Shown: positions 1-9,074, counted from the first letter of the stretch. The stretch: 32,223 nucleotides of DNA from Candidatus Thorarchaeota archaeon (GCA_038893995.1 JAWAQK010000024.1:1-32223); one strand, 5' to 3'. The notes: generated from the letters alone by a model not told the origin. Made by a program: numbers and translations.

Positions 1-480
1 CCATATCTTTGGGACGATTGCACGGGACACCTCGTACGAAAACAGACGGGCCAGACGGCTCTCGTCAGTCATTCCTGCAAGGCGTACTATACGTCGATAT
101 GTGTTCTCCAGTTCCGTCTGGAGCTCCGCGTCGGTCATGGAAACGACAGCGTTGGTGAGTGGGTTCACCACAGAGATCAGGGCAGACTCATACATCTTTG
201 GATCTTCGGATGGTGTAAGCAGGAGGGACAGACAGTACTGCTCTTCCTCTCTGACAATGCCCGTATAGTATGATGCAACGGCGTACTCCTCACCTCCAAT
301 TCGCACACTCAGAGACGAGAAACCTGCACTCGCGTCACCCATTGCATGCGATGTGAAGATGCGCATGATCTCCGTGTTGAGGTCCTCACGATAGTAGTCC
401 GCAAAGTTTGCCGGAACTTTCGCCTTCAGAACAGCACCTATCTTCGAGTCCCAATCGATCAATAACATTGCAACGGGCAT
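1..480 (-). CDS. Partial (3'-truncated by window edge) uDENN/longin-like domain protein
   Basis: Manual translation from ATG at 480: MPVAMLLIDWDSKIGAVLKAKVPANFADYYREDLNTEIMRIFTSHAMGDASAGFSSLSVRIGGEEYAVASYYTGIVREEEQYCLSLLL..., open to base 1. The N-terminal strand-W/F-D-x3-G pattern and strand/helix order resemble uDENN/longin folds. AT-rich promoter-like tract near 552-562. Confidence 0.6.
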   Translation of the reverse strand, partial: MPVAMLLIDWDSKIGAVLKAKVPANFADYYREDLNTEIMRIFTSHAMGDASAGFSSLSVRIGGEEYAVASYYTGIVREEEQYCLSLLLTPSEDPKMYESALISVVNPLTNAVVSMTDAELQTELENTYRRIVRLAGMTDESRLARLFSYEVSRAIVPKIW

Positions 481-821
481 CTCAAGTCCTCTCTGTTCCC
501 ATCCAAGCGGACACCGCAGGAGTCTTTCTTGACTATTCGTGGCTGACGACCCTAAAAACCTTGTCACCGAAGTCCCCGCGATGGAGGGCTAGACCCAGAG
601 GAAGATGCGATCCGGCCGTATTGGTGAATCCTGTATGAACCAGATGGACAGCATGCTCACAGGTTGTGCACCCTGTTTCGAGTCAGAAATGAGAATCACT
701 GCCGCGATCAGGACAGCCCTGGTACCATACGACGAGTAGACTGGTGTCGAGGTCCTGTGTCGCCACAACTGGTCGAGTAGAACCATCTCACTTGCGAGTT
801 GCTGCAGTCCGGACTCGCGAA

Positions 822-831
822 AGCTTTTATA
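822..831 (+). promoter_or_regulatory. Putative BRE/TATA box for the DUF4430-ECF cluster
   Basis: gaaagcTTTTATAcc about 45 nt upstream of ATG 874. Confidence 0.5.
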
Positions 832-873
832 CCTCGACAAGTTGTAGGTCAACATATCCTACAGGGTGGTGGC

Positions 874-1356
874 ATGAACACAGGAGCCCTCGCGTTGATC
901 CTTGTTGCCGTAACAAGTGTGCCGTGGGGTGGCCCCGTAGCCCAGTACGGTCCGGCAGGCGAGAACATCACCTTATCAATCGATTTTGGCAACGGGACAC
1001 TCATCGAGTACACCGGACTGTCCGGTCCTGATGTTCTCAACGTGACCATGTCTGTGGCGAACGTGAGTGTGAGATGGTACGGAGACTTGGTCTTTGTCGA
1101 ATCCATAAATGGGATCGCCAACGACCCAGCCGCAGGGAAATGGTGGCAATACTGGGTCAATGGTCAGTACGGACCGATCGCTTCGAACAAGTACGTGCTG
1201 TCTGACTCAGACAGTGTGAGCTGGAAGAGGACCGGAAACGCCTTTGCCGGCAATGACGGAAACGAACTGCAGCTCACAAGTACAGTCATGGTGGTAGGTG
1301 GTGCGGTACTGATAGCTGCCACCCTAGCGTCTCTTGGAAAGAGACTTAGGAGGTGA
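874..1356 (+). CDS. Membrane-anchored DUF4430 (transcobalamin-like C-terminal domain) protein, putative cobalamin-binding
   Basis: FVESINGI..N..WWQYWVNG...ASNKYVL..DSVSW motif typical of DUF4430. N-terminal signal and C-terminal TM segment. ATG 874 follows GGTGG RBS. Confidence 0.75.
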   Translation: MNTGALALILVAVTSVPWGGPVAQYGPAGENITLSIDFGNGTLIEYTGLSGPDVLNVTMSVANVSVRWYGDLVFVESINGIANDPAAGKWWQYWVNGQYGPIASNKYVLSDSDSVSWKRTGNAFAGNDGNELQLTSTVMVVGGAVLIAATLASLGKRLRR

Positions 1357-2111
1357 ATCGTGACAATATGAAGATCACACTACTAGTAGCGACGTTCTTC
1401 GTAATTGCAATGCTGCCGGTGACAGTAGCTGCACAGACCGGAGGCTACAGCCCGGTCGTCCTGCCAGGGGCATTGAATGCACCTGTGATATCATGGAAGG
1501 TCCTGAAAGCGCCCAGTGTTCCCTTTATGCTCTATTTCTCCGGGAACGGTACATGGATAGCAGATGAGGGAAGCATCTTGACCTTCGAGATCCTGTCGGT
1601 GGGAACTGATGTCCGTGGTAGAGTCTCCCTCGGCAACAGGACCTGGGTCGCCAACGATACGGACTTGGCATTGGACCTGGTCCTTGGCGTGTGGGGAGCT
1701 GTGATGTGGATGCCAGGGTTAGTGGTCCCAGTTGGCGAAGATGCGTTCCGTGTGATGAACACTACTGCCTATGCGGCCAGCAACAGGACCTATGGAAACT
1801 ACATGAATGGAACTATGTCATCGTATGTGGGATCGGTGACCGTCGCGGGTAGGACGTACAACTGCATCTCGTTCAACTACACCCAGGATCCCATCATCTT
1901 TGGAAGTCCTCAGAAGACCGTTCTGTCTTATGATCTCTCGACCGGTATCCTTGTGTATTCACACACAGAGTTTACGTTCGTGGCCGAATATGTGCTCGAG
2001 CTAGAACTCACATCGGTGGACAATCCCAGAATCGCTGTCGTCGGCGTCGCGGTCGCAGTCATGTTGGTCGTCCTGGTGACGACATCACTCGTACTGAGGA
2101 AACGTGTCTGA
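1353..2111 (+). CDS. Secreted/surface glycoprotein with C-terminal membrane anchor, unknown function
   Basis: Signal peptide, several N-x-S/T sequons (NGT, NRT, NTT, NYT), beta-rich body, C-terminal TM followed by RKR. Confidence 0.65.
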   Translation: MNRDNMKITLLVATFFVIAMLPVTVAAQTGGYSPVVLPGALNAPVISWKVLKAPSVPFMLYFSGNGTWIADEGSILTFEILSVGTDVRGRVSLGNRTWVANDTDLALDLVLGVWGAVMWMPGLVVPVGEDAFRVMNTTAYAASNRTYGNYMNGTMSSYVGSVTVAGRTYNCISFNYTQDPIIFGSPQKTVLSYDLSTGILVYSHTEFTFVAEYVLELELTSVDNPRIAVVGVAVAVMLVVLVTTSLVLRKRV

Positions 2112-2135
2112 GAAGAGTGGGAGCGTTTCGACTCC

Positions 2136-2681
2136 ATGCACCCCATAAGGCTCGATAGCAGTCGGACGGTCGCAATCATAGCGATGATGAGCTCTCTGGG
2201 ACTCATCGGCAACTACGCCCTTGTTGGGCTTCCAAATGTCGAGCTGAGCTCAGTGACCATCTTCGTCACCGCATGCGTCTTTGGACTTCCTGTTGCGACC
2301 TACTGCGTCCTCTGTATTGCCATCACATTCAGCCTGCTTAACCCATGGGGGTCGATGCTCCCGCCGATTCTTGCTGCACAGATTGCGGGATGGCTGATCA
2401 TGGCAGCGGTGGGGGATTCTGTCGCCCGCCATGACAGGGGACCAGATGGAAGAATAGAGAGGGCAGAGTCAGCCACTGCAGGAGCAGTCACCACCTTCAT
2501 CTTCGACGTGCTGACCAACATAGCATATGGATGGTCCTTTGGAATACCGCTCGAAATCGCACTGGTGGTGGGCCTACCATTCATGGTCGTCCATGTGGCC
2601 TCAAACACGCTGATCTTCGCACTTGCTGCGGACAGGCTGGTCACAATGATAAGAGGCCTCATGCTCCAATATACTGACTGA
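2136..2681 (+). CDS. ECF transporter substrate-specific S component (CbrT-like)
   Basis: About 180 aa, 5-6 TM segments, IAMMSSL and LPNVE motifs, C-terminal PF..HVASN; adjacent to DUF4430 gene. Confidence 0.7.
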   Translation: MHPIRLDSSRTVAIIAMMSSLGLIGNYALVGLPNVELSSVTIFVTACVFGLPVATYCVLCIAITFSLLNPWGSMLPPILAAQIAGWLIMAAVGDSVARHDRGPDGRIERAESATAGAVTTFIFDVLTNIAYGWSFGIPLEIALVVGLPFMVVHVASNTLIFALAADRLVTMIRGLMLQYTD

Positions 2682-2759
2682 ACTTGGTCAGTTCTCGCGT
2701 GAGCAACGAAGGTTAGAAAAGCGCTTTCGATATGTGACACTGGTGGGACGCATGCATCT

Positions 2760-3398
2760 ATGCACTGGACAAGGATCCTCGAGAACGTTGCAAGACCTGT
2801 CGATGGACGTGTGGCGCCAGTCTTCAGGGCAAACCACGTCGCGGTCGCACTGATGAAGATAGGCAGAGAGCAGCCCCTAGGCAGATACGAGCTGTGCCAG
2901 AACTTGTCCATCGGCGAGGGGAGCGTTCGAACGATGCTGAGGAGACTCACCGAGGAAGGATACCTGGAGCCAGAGGGACGGCAGGGGCAGCGTCTGACTG
3001 CAAGGGGTAGAGCAGTCTTCGAGGAGATGGTCAGGGACATTCCATTTGGGCTCTATCTCGATCTCGACGGTCTAGTGATCCATAACATAGCATTCGCAAA
3101 TCTTGTGAGGGGAAAGGCCTCCAAAGTGAGTACTGGGATGAGGCAGAGGGACGAGGCACTCATACATGCAGGTCACTCAAAGGCTGGTGTCACAACTCTT
3201 GTATACACAGATGGACGTCTGCTAATGCCTCCTGGAGACCTAGATGTAATCGTCAACTACCAGAGAGAATCACTGTTGATACTTGAGAGTCTAAAGCCGG
3301 AAGATAACGACGCGGTCGTCATAGGCTCGTCTGAGGACCGTAACATCGCCAGAGAAGTATCGATGGCCGCTGCAATGACGCTGTTCGAGGTCAACTGA
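2760..3398 (+). CDS. HTH + DUF4443-type putative transcriptional regulator
   Basis: GRYELCQNLSIGEGSVRTMLRRL HTH; GMRQRDEA..AG..G.TTL motif. Confidence 0.7.
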   Translation: MHWTRILENVARPVDGRVAPVFRANHVAVALMKIGREQPLGRYELCQNLSIGEGSVRTMLRRLTEEGYLEPEGRQGQRLTARGRAVFEEMVRDIPFGLYLDLDGLVIHNIAFANLVRGKASKVSTGMRQRDEALIHAGHSKAGVTTLVYTDGRLLMPPGDLDVIVNYQRESLLILESLKPEDNDAVVIGSSEDRNIAREVSMAAAMTLFEVN

Positions 3399-3399
3399 C

Positions 3400-4239
3400 T
3401 TGCAGACAGACTTGTTTGGGAATGTACCACAGATTGTGATTGACGTTCACGAAACAACAGGCAGGGGTATCAGCTCGATCAAGCTTCTGATGCAGATGCT
3501 CGACCAGGAGGGCATCCACTACGCCGTGGAGAGTATCCCGATTGCCGACATTCTCGGGCCCGACGGTGTTGCAATCGAGCGAAAGACCGTGAACGATCTC
3601 GTTGGTACACTGATGGGAAGTAGTCAGGGTGTCCCCCGGCTAGACAGGCAGATCGATGGACTACTCGAGTACGAGCGGCCCTACTTGCTTGTTGAGAACA
3701 TACTGTCTATACGCAGAGATCCAATCCAGGGTTGTATATATGTCCCATTCAAGACCAAGAGAGCAGGTAATCGTCCCTATGTGGTGACATTGGAGAGAGT
3801 GAGTCATGTTCGTCCGGCGGCGTTTGATGCGCTGCTTCAGGCCATCAGAGATAGAGGGATCACAGTATTGGAGGGCTTCAACGCAGTGCATTCCGCGGGT
3901 ATCCTTCATGGGATACTCTGTCCGAGAGAAGTGGAAGTCTCGAGCCAAGAGAGGACCCTTCCCGTGATAAGGACCAGAAAGAGCGCAGGCACTCTGAGAG
4001 AGGAACAGGAGTTCTTTGTTGCTGGGCTACCTGGCATCAATGTCGTCCGAGCAAGAGCGCTACTAGACGAATTCGGAAGTCCCTACGACGTGATCACGCG
4101 GACTGACGACTGGATCAAGATCCCTGGAATCGGGCCCAAGACCGTCGCGAATGCCCGGAGGGTCCTCTTCACAGGGAGAAACACAGACGACAGCGGTCGC
4201 ACACAGGACGACGACCCAGGGTCGGAAGCTGACACTTAG
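3400..4239 (+). CDS. xpf: ERCC4/XPF-family structure-specific nuclease with HhH motifs
   Basis: VIDVHE, ADIL, ERKTVNDL catalytic motif, RL..Q, LLVE; C-terminal LPGI and IPGIGPKT helix-hairpin-helix. Confidence 0.8.
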   Translation: MQTDLFGNVPQIVIDVHETTGRGISSIKLLMQMLDQEGIHYAVESIPIADILGPDGVAIERKTVNDLVGTLMGSSQGVPRLDRQIDGLLEYERPYLLVENILSIRRDPIQGCIYVPFKTKRAGNRPYVVTLERVSHVRPAAFDALLQAIRDRGITVLEGFNAVHSAGILHGILCPREVEVSSQERTLPVIRTRKSAGTLREEQEFFVAGLPGINVVRARALLDEFGSPYDVITRTDDWIKIPGIGPKTVANARRVLFTGRNTDDSGRTQDDDPGSEADT

Positions 4240-4253
4240 GCGCCTCGATAATC

Positions 4254-4261
4254 TTTAAAAA
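4254..4261 (+). promoter_or_regulatory. TATA box upstream of ino1
   Basis: TTTAAAAA upstream of GAAGGTG RBS and ATG 4318. Confidence 0.5.
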
Positions 4262-4317
4262 CGACCTCAGTCCGACTATTCTATGACCGGAGAATACTTT
4301 GAGAAGGTGTTGACCTT

Positions 4318-5406
4318 ATGGGAGAAATTCGAGTGGCAATAGCCGGACTCGGAAACTGTGCATCGGCCCTCATCCAGGGAGTGCACTACTACCGCAATGC
4401 AACACGGGATGAGGAAGTCCCCGGCCTCATGCATGTGGACTTTGGGGGATACTTCCCTCGGGATCTGAAGTTCGTTGCTGCCTTTGAGGTGAACAGACAC
4501 AAGATAGGTTTGGACATCGCAGACGCGATATGGGCCAAGCCAAACTGCTGTGCAGTCTTTGCACCTGACGTTCCGAAGACCGGCGCCAAGGTACTGCCAG
4601 GACCGATCTCGGATGGTGTGGCCCCCCACATGAGGGAATCTTTCTTCGTCTACGACGAGAACGAGATGGAACCCGTCGACGTGGCAGAGGAGCTCCGCAA
4701 GTCGAAGGCCGACGTGCTGATCAGCTATCTTCCGGTCGGTAGTGAGGAGTGCTCAAGGATTTACGCCAGGGCAGCTCTCGAGGCAGGAGTCGGGTACATC
4801 AATGCAATTCCGGAGTTCATAGTGTCTGATCCAAAGAGCGAGATAGCGAAGGAGTTCGAGCGGAGAGGCATTCCGTGCGCGGGAGATGACATAAAGAGCC
4901 AACTCGGAGCAACCATCCTCCACAGAGTCTTAGCGGCCCTATATCATCAGAGAGGCCTGATAATTCAGAACACCTACCAGCTCAACATAGGAGGCAATAC
5001 GGACTTCGAGAACATGCAGGTTGAGTCACGACTCAAGTCGAAGAGAATCAGCAAGACCGAGGCCGTCACAAGTACAGTTCCATACGAGCTGCCCACGAAG
5101 ATAGGGCCTAGCGACTACGTTCCGTTCCTCGGAGACAACAAGGTGTGTTACATCACAATGAGGGCCCGTGCGTTCGGTGACCTCCCGTTGGACCTGTCTC
5201 TGAAACTATCGGTACAGGACTCTCCTAACAGTGCGGGGGTCATAATTGATGTTGTCAGGGCCATCAAGATAGCGCTTGATCGCGGGATAGGTGGAGAACT
5301 CTCCAGTATATCGTCGTACTGCTTCAAGCATCCGAGGTATCAGGTAGAGGACTTCGAGGCGCGCAGGAGAGTGGATGAATTCATCGAGGGGAAGAGGGAG
5401 AGGTGA
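4318..5406 (+). CDS. ino1: myo-inositol-1-phosphate synthase
   Basis: GLGNCASALIQG, YLPVGS, GDDIKSQLGAT, QLNIGGNTDF.N, SKRISKT, GPSDYVP, DSPNSAG motifs. Confidence 0.95.
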   Translation: MGEIRVAIAGLGNCASALIQGVHYYRNATRDEEVPGLMHVDFGGYFPRDLKFVAAFEVNRHKIGLDIADAIWAKPNCCAVFAPDVPKTGAKVLPGPISDGVAPHMRESFFVYDENEMEPVDVAEELRKSKADVLISYLPVGSEECSRIYARAALEAGVGYINAIPEFIVSDPKSEIAKEFERRGIPCAGDDIKSQLGATILHRVLAALYHQRGLIIQNTYQLNIGGNTDFENMQVESRLKSKRISKTEAVTSTVPYELPTKIGPSDYVPFLGDNKVCYITMRARAFGDLPLDLSLKLSVQDSPNSAGVIIDVVRAIKIALDRGIGGELSSISSYCFKHPRYQVEDFEARRRVDEFIEGKRER

Positions 5407-5407
5407 G

Positions 5408-5434
5408 ACGGGCAGGAAGCCCGTTCTCTCTCTC
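5408..5434 (+). terminator. Hairpin followed by a pyrimidine tract after ino1
   Basis: ACGGGC-aggaa-GCCCGT immediately after the stop, followed by TCTCTCTCTC. Confidence 0.4.
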
Positions 5435-5540
5435 AGATCCGCAGCGCGTGACAATAGGCTCCCCGATTGTAAATGCTTCACGCCACAGCTGTGCAGCCTC
5501 AGTCGTCAGCACTCTGATCATGACTGTGCCGTAGGCTGCA

Positions 5541-6665
5541 TCAGATAGTTGTGAAACTCTCAGCAGTCTTTGAATCAAGCCTCTTTATGACCTCAACAAG
5601 GAGACTCACTGCATTCTCCACGTCGCTGAGGTCAAGCATGGCATGATGGGAGTGGATATGCCTCGTTGGTATCCCTATGAACAGGGACGGAACGCCTGGT
5701 CCCACCAGGTGAATGGCGCCAGCGTCAGTACCTCCAGCCCGGAGAAATGCAGACTGGTGCCTGATACCACACTCCTCAGCAACGCTGAGCACGAACTTTC
5801 TCAGTCGTGGATTAGGAACGAGCGACCCGTCTCCAGCAGAAATTGAGACTCCAGCACCCATCTTCTGGGGTAGGCCCTCAGCACCAGGAACATCTCCCGA
5901 GATGTCCACATCCACTGAGAAGCCCACATCAGGCATCAGCATCTGAGCGGCGGTACGTGCGCCCCGAAGGCCAACTTCCTCTTGTGTGGTTGAAACACAG
6001 TACACAGAGTTTGGATGGGACACATTCTCCTCCTTGAGTCTGCGTAGGACCTCCAGTATCACAAAAACACCAATCCTGTCGTCGAACGCCTTTGCCACAC
6101 CCAGTGTGACAGATCTCTTCCTCTCGTCCTTGCCTTCCTTCTCTGTCCTAGTGCGTTGCATTGTCCTGAAGCGGGCATATGGCACTGCAGCATCACCCAC
6201 TCTTATCCCGAGCTCCTTGACCTCCTCGGCACTGTTGCAGCCAATGTCAATGTACATCTTCTCCTTCGGAATCACCTTTGTACGATCCTCTGGACTGAGA
6301 AGGTGGGGTGGTGTTGCACCTATGATCCCGATCACGTCTTGATCGTTGCCTGATGCATGGATCAGCACTTCTCTCGCGAGGAGAGTCTGGTCGAAGAAAC
6401 CTCCTATTGTATGAAACCTGAGAAAGCCATTCTTCTCAATGTCAGTCACAACAAAACCGATCTCGTCGACATGACCAGCGAGCATCAATTTTGGGCCTGA
6501 AGAGCCCCGTCGGAAGATCACTGACCCGAGTCTGTCATGAGTGACCTCATCAGCATATCTGGCGCCTCTATCTCGGACCATTCGTTGGACTTTGTACTCA
6601 TATCCGCTTGGTCCAAATGCGTTGCACAGATTCTCCAGAAACGTGATGTCAAGAGACCAATCCAA
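5541..6665 (-). CDS. M42 family (TET-like) aminopeptidase
   Basis: GPSGYE, AGHVDEIG, KAFDDRIG, QEEVGLRGA, GGTDAG, RHIHS motifs. Likely start is TTG at 6665 after GGTGA; the ORF extends to 6731. Confidence 0.92.
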   Translation of the reverse strand: MDWSLDITFLENLCNAFGPSGYEYKVQRMVRDRGARYADEVTHDRLGSVIFRRGSSGPKLMLAGHVDEIGFVVTDIEKNGFLRFHTIGGFFDQTLLAREVLIHASGNDQDVIGIIGATPPHLLSPEDRTKVIPKEKMYIDIGCNSAEEVKELGIRVGDAAVPYARFRTMQRTRTEKEGKDERKRSVTLGVAKAFDDRIGVFVILEVLRRLKEENVSHPNSVYCVSTTQEEVGLRGARTAAQMLMPDVGFSVDVDISGDVPGAEGLPQKMGAGVSISAGDGSLVPNPRLRKFVLSVAEECGIRHQSAFLRAGGTDAGAIHLVGPGVPSLFIGIPTRHIHSHHAMLDLSDVENAVSLLVEVIKRLDSKTAESFTTI

Positions 6666-6742
6666 CTTCGTGTCACCATCGTAATTGCCAGGAGACTGCC
6701 ACTTATACCTATGGGAATGACGGCCCTCCACTGAGGGAGAGA

Positions 6743-7300
6743 TCAGGATGTTGAGATCGGGAAACCAAGTGTTGCCCTGGCCAATATATTGAAGGCCTCT
6801 TCAACGTTCTGACCAGTGAGCGCACTCGTCTCCAGGTACGCGATAAGGCCATTCTCCTGGGCAAACTTCTGACCGGCTTCCGTTGTTATGACACGCTCAT
6901 TGACGAGATCGACCTTGTTCGCGAGTAGGATGATCGGGATCCTCCGTCCGAGAGCGCTATCTGTTTCCTCAAGCCATTTGGGAAGCTCTAACCATGTGCT
7001 TCTTCTGGTGACGTCATACACAAGCAGAGCGCCAACAGATCCGCGGTAGTAGGCGGTTCTGATGAAGTCGAATCGTTCCTGACCCGCCAGGTCCCAGATT
7101 ATGAGCTTTATGACGACATCCTGACCCTGCGGGTCCTTCACTGTGACAAGCTTGGTGGAGAACTGGCTACCTATAGTAAGGAGATAGGGCTCGGAGAATG
7201 TCTGCGTCAGGTACCTCTGAACTAGAGAGGTCTTTCCGCTGCCTCCCGCGCCAATCATGCACACCTTCTTGACATTCTCAAGCGATCCTTGCAATGTCAC
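6743..7300 (-). CDS. Rab-like small GTPase (Ras superfamily)
   Basis: G1 GAGGSGKTS, G2 TIG, G3 WDLAGQERF, YYRG, G4 NKVD, G5 ETSA; no C-terminal Cys prenylation motif. Confidence 0.92.
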   Translation of the reverse strand: MTLQGSLENVKKVCMIGAGGSGKTSLVQRYLTQTFSEPYLLTIGSQFSTKLVTVKDPQGQDVVIKLIIWDLAGQERFDFIRTAYYRGSVGALLVYDVTRRSTWLELPKWLEETDSALGRRIPIILLANKVDLVNERVITTEAGQKFAQENGLIAYLETSALTGQNVEEAFNILARATLGFPISTS

Positions 7301-7473
7301 TCCTCACCAGCACTCTGTCGCATATACTTCGAGGTGATAGGAGATGCGACTGCAGAGTATGCAACTCCGCGGGGCTGACATATTTAGAGCTTTTCCATTG
7401 CACACGGTATTGACGCCACCGGACTTGTCAGAGGGAACCCAAGGGTCCGAGTACGGCAATACGTCGGCGATGG

Positions 7474-7503
7474 GATTATATCAGGTATTACCGAGGTACT
7501 ACC
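7474..7503 (+). promoter_or_regulatory. TATA box plus tandem palindromic operators GGTAnTACC
   Basis: gaTTATAT (7474-7481), then AGGTATTACC (7483-7492) and AGGTACTACC (7494-7503) with 11-bp period, directly upstream of the RHH gene. Confidence 0.65.
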
Positions 7504-7520
7504 AGATGGTTGGTGAGTGA

Positions 7521-7742
7521 ATGCGATTGATCACAGTGAAGATGAGCGACATCTATGTCAACGGCATAGATAGACTGGTACAGAAGGGAGTCTATCCATC
7601 AAGGAGCGAGGCGATCAGGGTTGCAATCAGAGACCTTCTGATGAAGGAGCTCTGGGTTGACGGCTATCCTAAGGAATTCGAGGACGAGTCTCAGAACTGG
7701 GCCATCAGGACTGGCAGAGTGCGTGGCCAAAACGCACTTTAA
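7521..7742 (+). CDS. Ribbon-helix-helix (CopG/Arc/MetJ) regulator, CdrS/aCcr1-like
   Basis: LITVKM beta-ribbon; IDRLVQKGVYPSRSEAIRVAIRDLL; GGTGA RBS. Confidence 0.88.
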   Translation: MRLITVKMSDIYVNGIDRLVQKGVYPSRSEAIRVAIRDLLMKELWVDGYPKEFEDESQNWAIRTGRVRGQNAL

Positions 7743-7754
7743 GCATTCGTGTGA

Positions 7755-8327
7755 GTGCTAGACCGCGCCAAGCTAAAGACCGGTCAAGAGGAATGGATCT
7801 TGAACTTCAGACTGCTGCTCAAGAGCATGAAGCTCGCATTTCGTTCAACCAAGAGGGTTCTTGCATTCATAATAATCTATGCGTTCCTCTTCGTGATGGT
7901 AGGAAAGAGCATAGAGAGGTCGTCAGGCACGCCTGGTGAAGAACTGTGGTGGCTAATTGCAGCATTCGTTGTGGCTGCGGTCTATGCCGTACTGATTGCG
8001 CAGTTCCGACGTAGAGACATTGCCATCCTCAAATGCGTATCATGGTCCAATGCGGAGATCATGCTGCTTCTTGCAGGCGAGGTCGTAATAGTTGCAACGA
8101 CCGCGTTTCTGCTAGTTCTCCAGCTCAGTATTGAGATACTTGGGATAGTGGCCTATTTCGAAACAGATTTTGGTCTGCTTTCAAGTCTGAGAGACATCAT
8201 AGTGATATCGCCAAGGCCAATGTTCACAACCCTGTTCTACATTGCCATACTTCAGTTGGTAGGCCTGTTTTTCGGACTGAAACGCGCCATGTCGATACCG
8301 CCCATGAAGGCACTGAGGGAGGAGTGA
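7755..8327 (+). CDS. Minimal FtsX/MacB-family ABC permease
   Basis: 4 TM segments, RRRDIAILK coupling motif, C-terminal RAMSIPPMKALREE; directly upstream of the ATPase. Confidence 0.75.
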   Translation: MLDRAKLKTGQEEWILNFRLLLKSMKLAFRSTKRVLAFIIIYAFLFVMVGKSIERSSGTPGEELWWLIAAFVVAAVYAVLIAQFRRRDIAILKCVSWSNAEIMLLLAGEVVIVATTAFLLVLQLSIEILGIVAYFETDFGLLSSLRDIIVISPRPMFTTLFYIAILQLVGLFFGLKRAMSIPPMKALREE

Positions 8328-8331
8328 GACG

Positions 8332-9018
8332 ATGCCTAATCCAATCATCCGAGTAGAATCAGTGAACAAGGAGTATGGAAAGGGAAAGAAGACTGTTGCA
8401 GCCCTGAAAGACATCAACATAGAGATTGAAAAGGGAGAGTTCGTTGCGGTCCTTGGGCCATCTGGATGTGGAAAGAGTACGCTCCTGCACGTGATGTCCG
8501 GTCTCGAGCGACCAACGTCCGGAAGAGTCCTGCTAGATGGAGTAGACATGACTCTCCTCAGCGAGAGGGAGCTGCCAAAGGTGAGGGCCCAGAAGATCGG
8601 ATTCGTCTTTCAGGCGTTTCTGCTCATAGAGGATTTGACGACCTACGAGAATGTCGAGGCAGTCCTCTGGCCAAACCAGGAGTTGAGGAAGGAAAAGAAG
8701 GAGGCCATGACCCTTGAGGTCCTGCGTGAGGTGGACATGCTTGAGAGGAGGGACCACTTTCCCAGACAGCTGTCAGGAGGAGAACAGCAGAGGGTCGCAA
8801 TAGCACGGGCACTAGTCAATCGACCGCCAATTCTGTTCTGTGATGAGCCTACTGGCAATCTAGACAGCAAGACGGGCGAAAGTGTGATGAAGTTCATATC
8901 GAGAGTGGCGAAAGAGAGAGACATGACAGTCGTACTCGTGACACACAACGAGGAACTTGCAAAATACGCAAAGCGGACCTTGAGGATGAAGGACGGTGCG
9001 ATAGTCTCCGATCGGTGA
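8332..9018 (+). CDS. ABC ATP-binding protein, LolD/FtsE/MacB type
   Basis: GPSGCGKST, IGFVFQ, LSGGEQQRVAIARAL, DEPTGNLD, VTH. Confidence 0.93.
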   Translation: MPNPIIRVESVNKEYGKGKKTVAALKDINIEIEKGEFVAVLGPSGCGKSTLLHVMSGLERPTSGRVLLDGVDMTLLSERELPKVRAQKIGFVFQAFLLIEDLTTYENVEAVLWPNQELRKEKKEAMTLEVLREVDMLERRDHFPRQLSGGEQQRVAIARALVNRPPILFCDEPTGNLDSKTGESVMKFISRVAKERDMTVVLVTHNEELAKYAKRTLRMKDGAIVSDR

Positions 9019-9074
9019 ACGACAAGCAGTATGTGGGGCCCTGAGGGATATCACCCGCCAGGGAGGTGCAACAA

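Noticed and set aside
560-820. Cobalamin riboswitch upstream of the DUF4430/ECF cluster
   Set aside because: Only a partial GGTGAATCC resemblance. No GGGAA or GCCCCCGCAACTGT B12-box elements, and the region lies upstream of the apparent TATA box.
589-855. 88-aa minus-strand ORF, and RNase P RNA (GAGGAAG at ~598)
   Set aside because: The ORF overlaps the promoter and has no recognisable motif. The RNase P conserved P4 partner sequence was not found.
2300-3040. 246-aa antisense ORF and many similar shadow ORFs in the track
   Set aside because: Antisense to or overlapping well-supported genes; expected in GC-rich DNA
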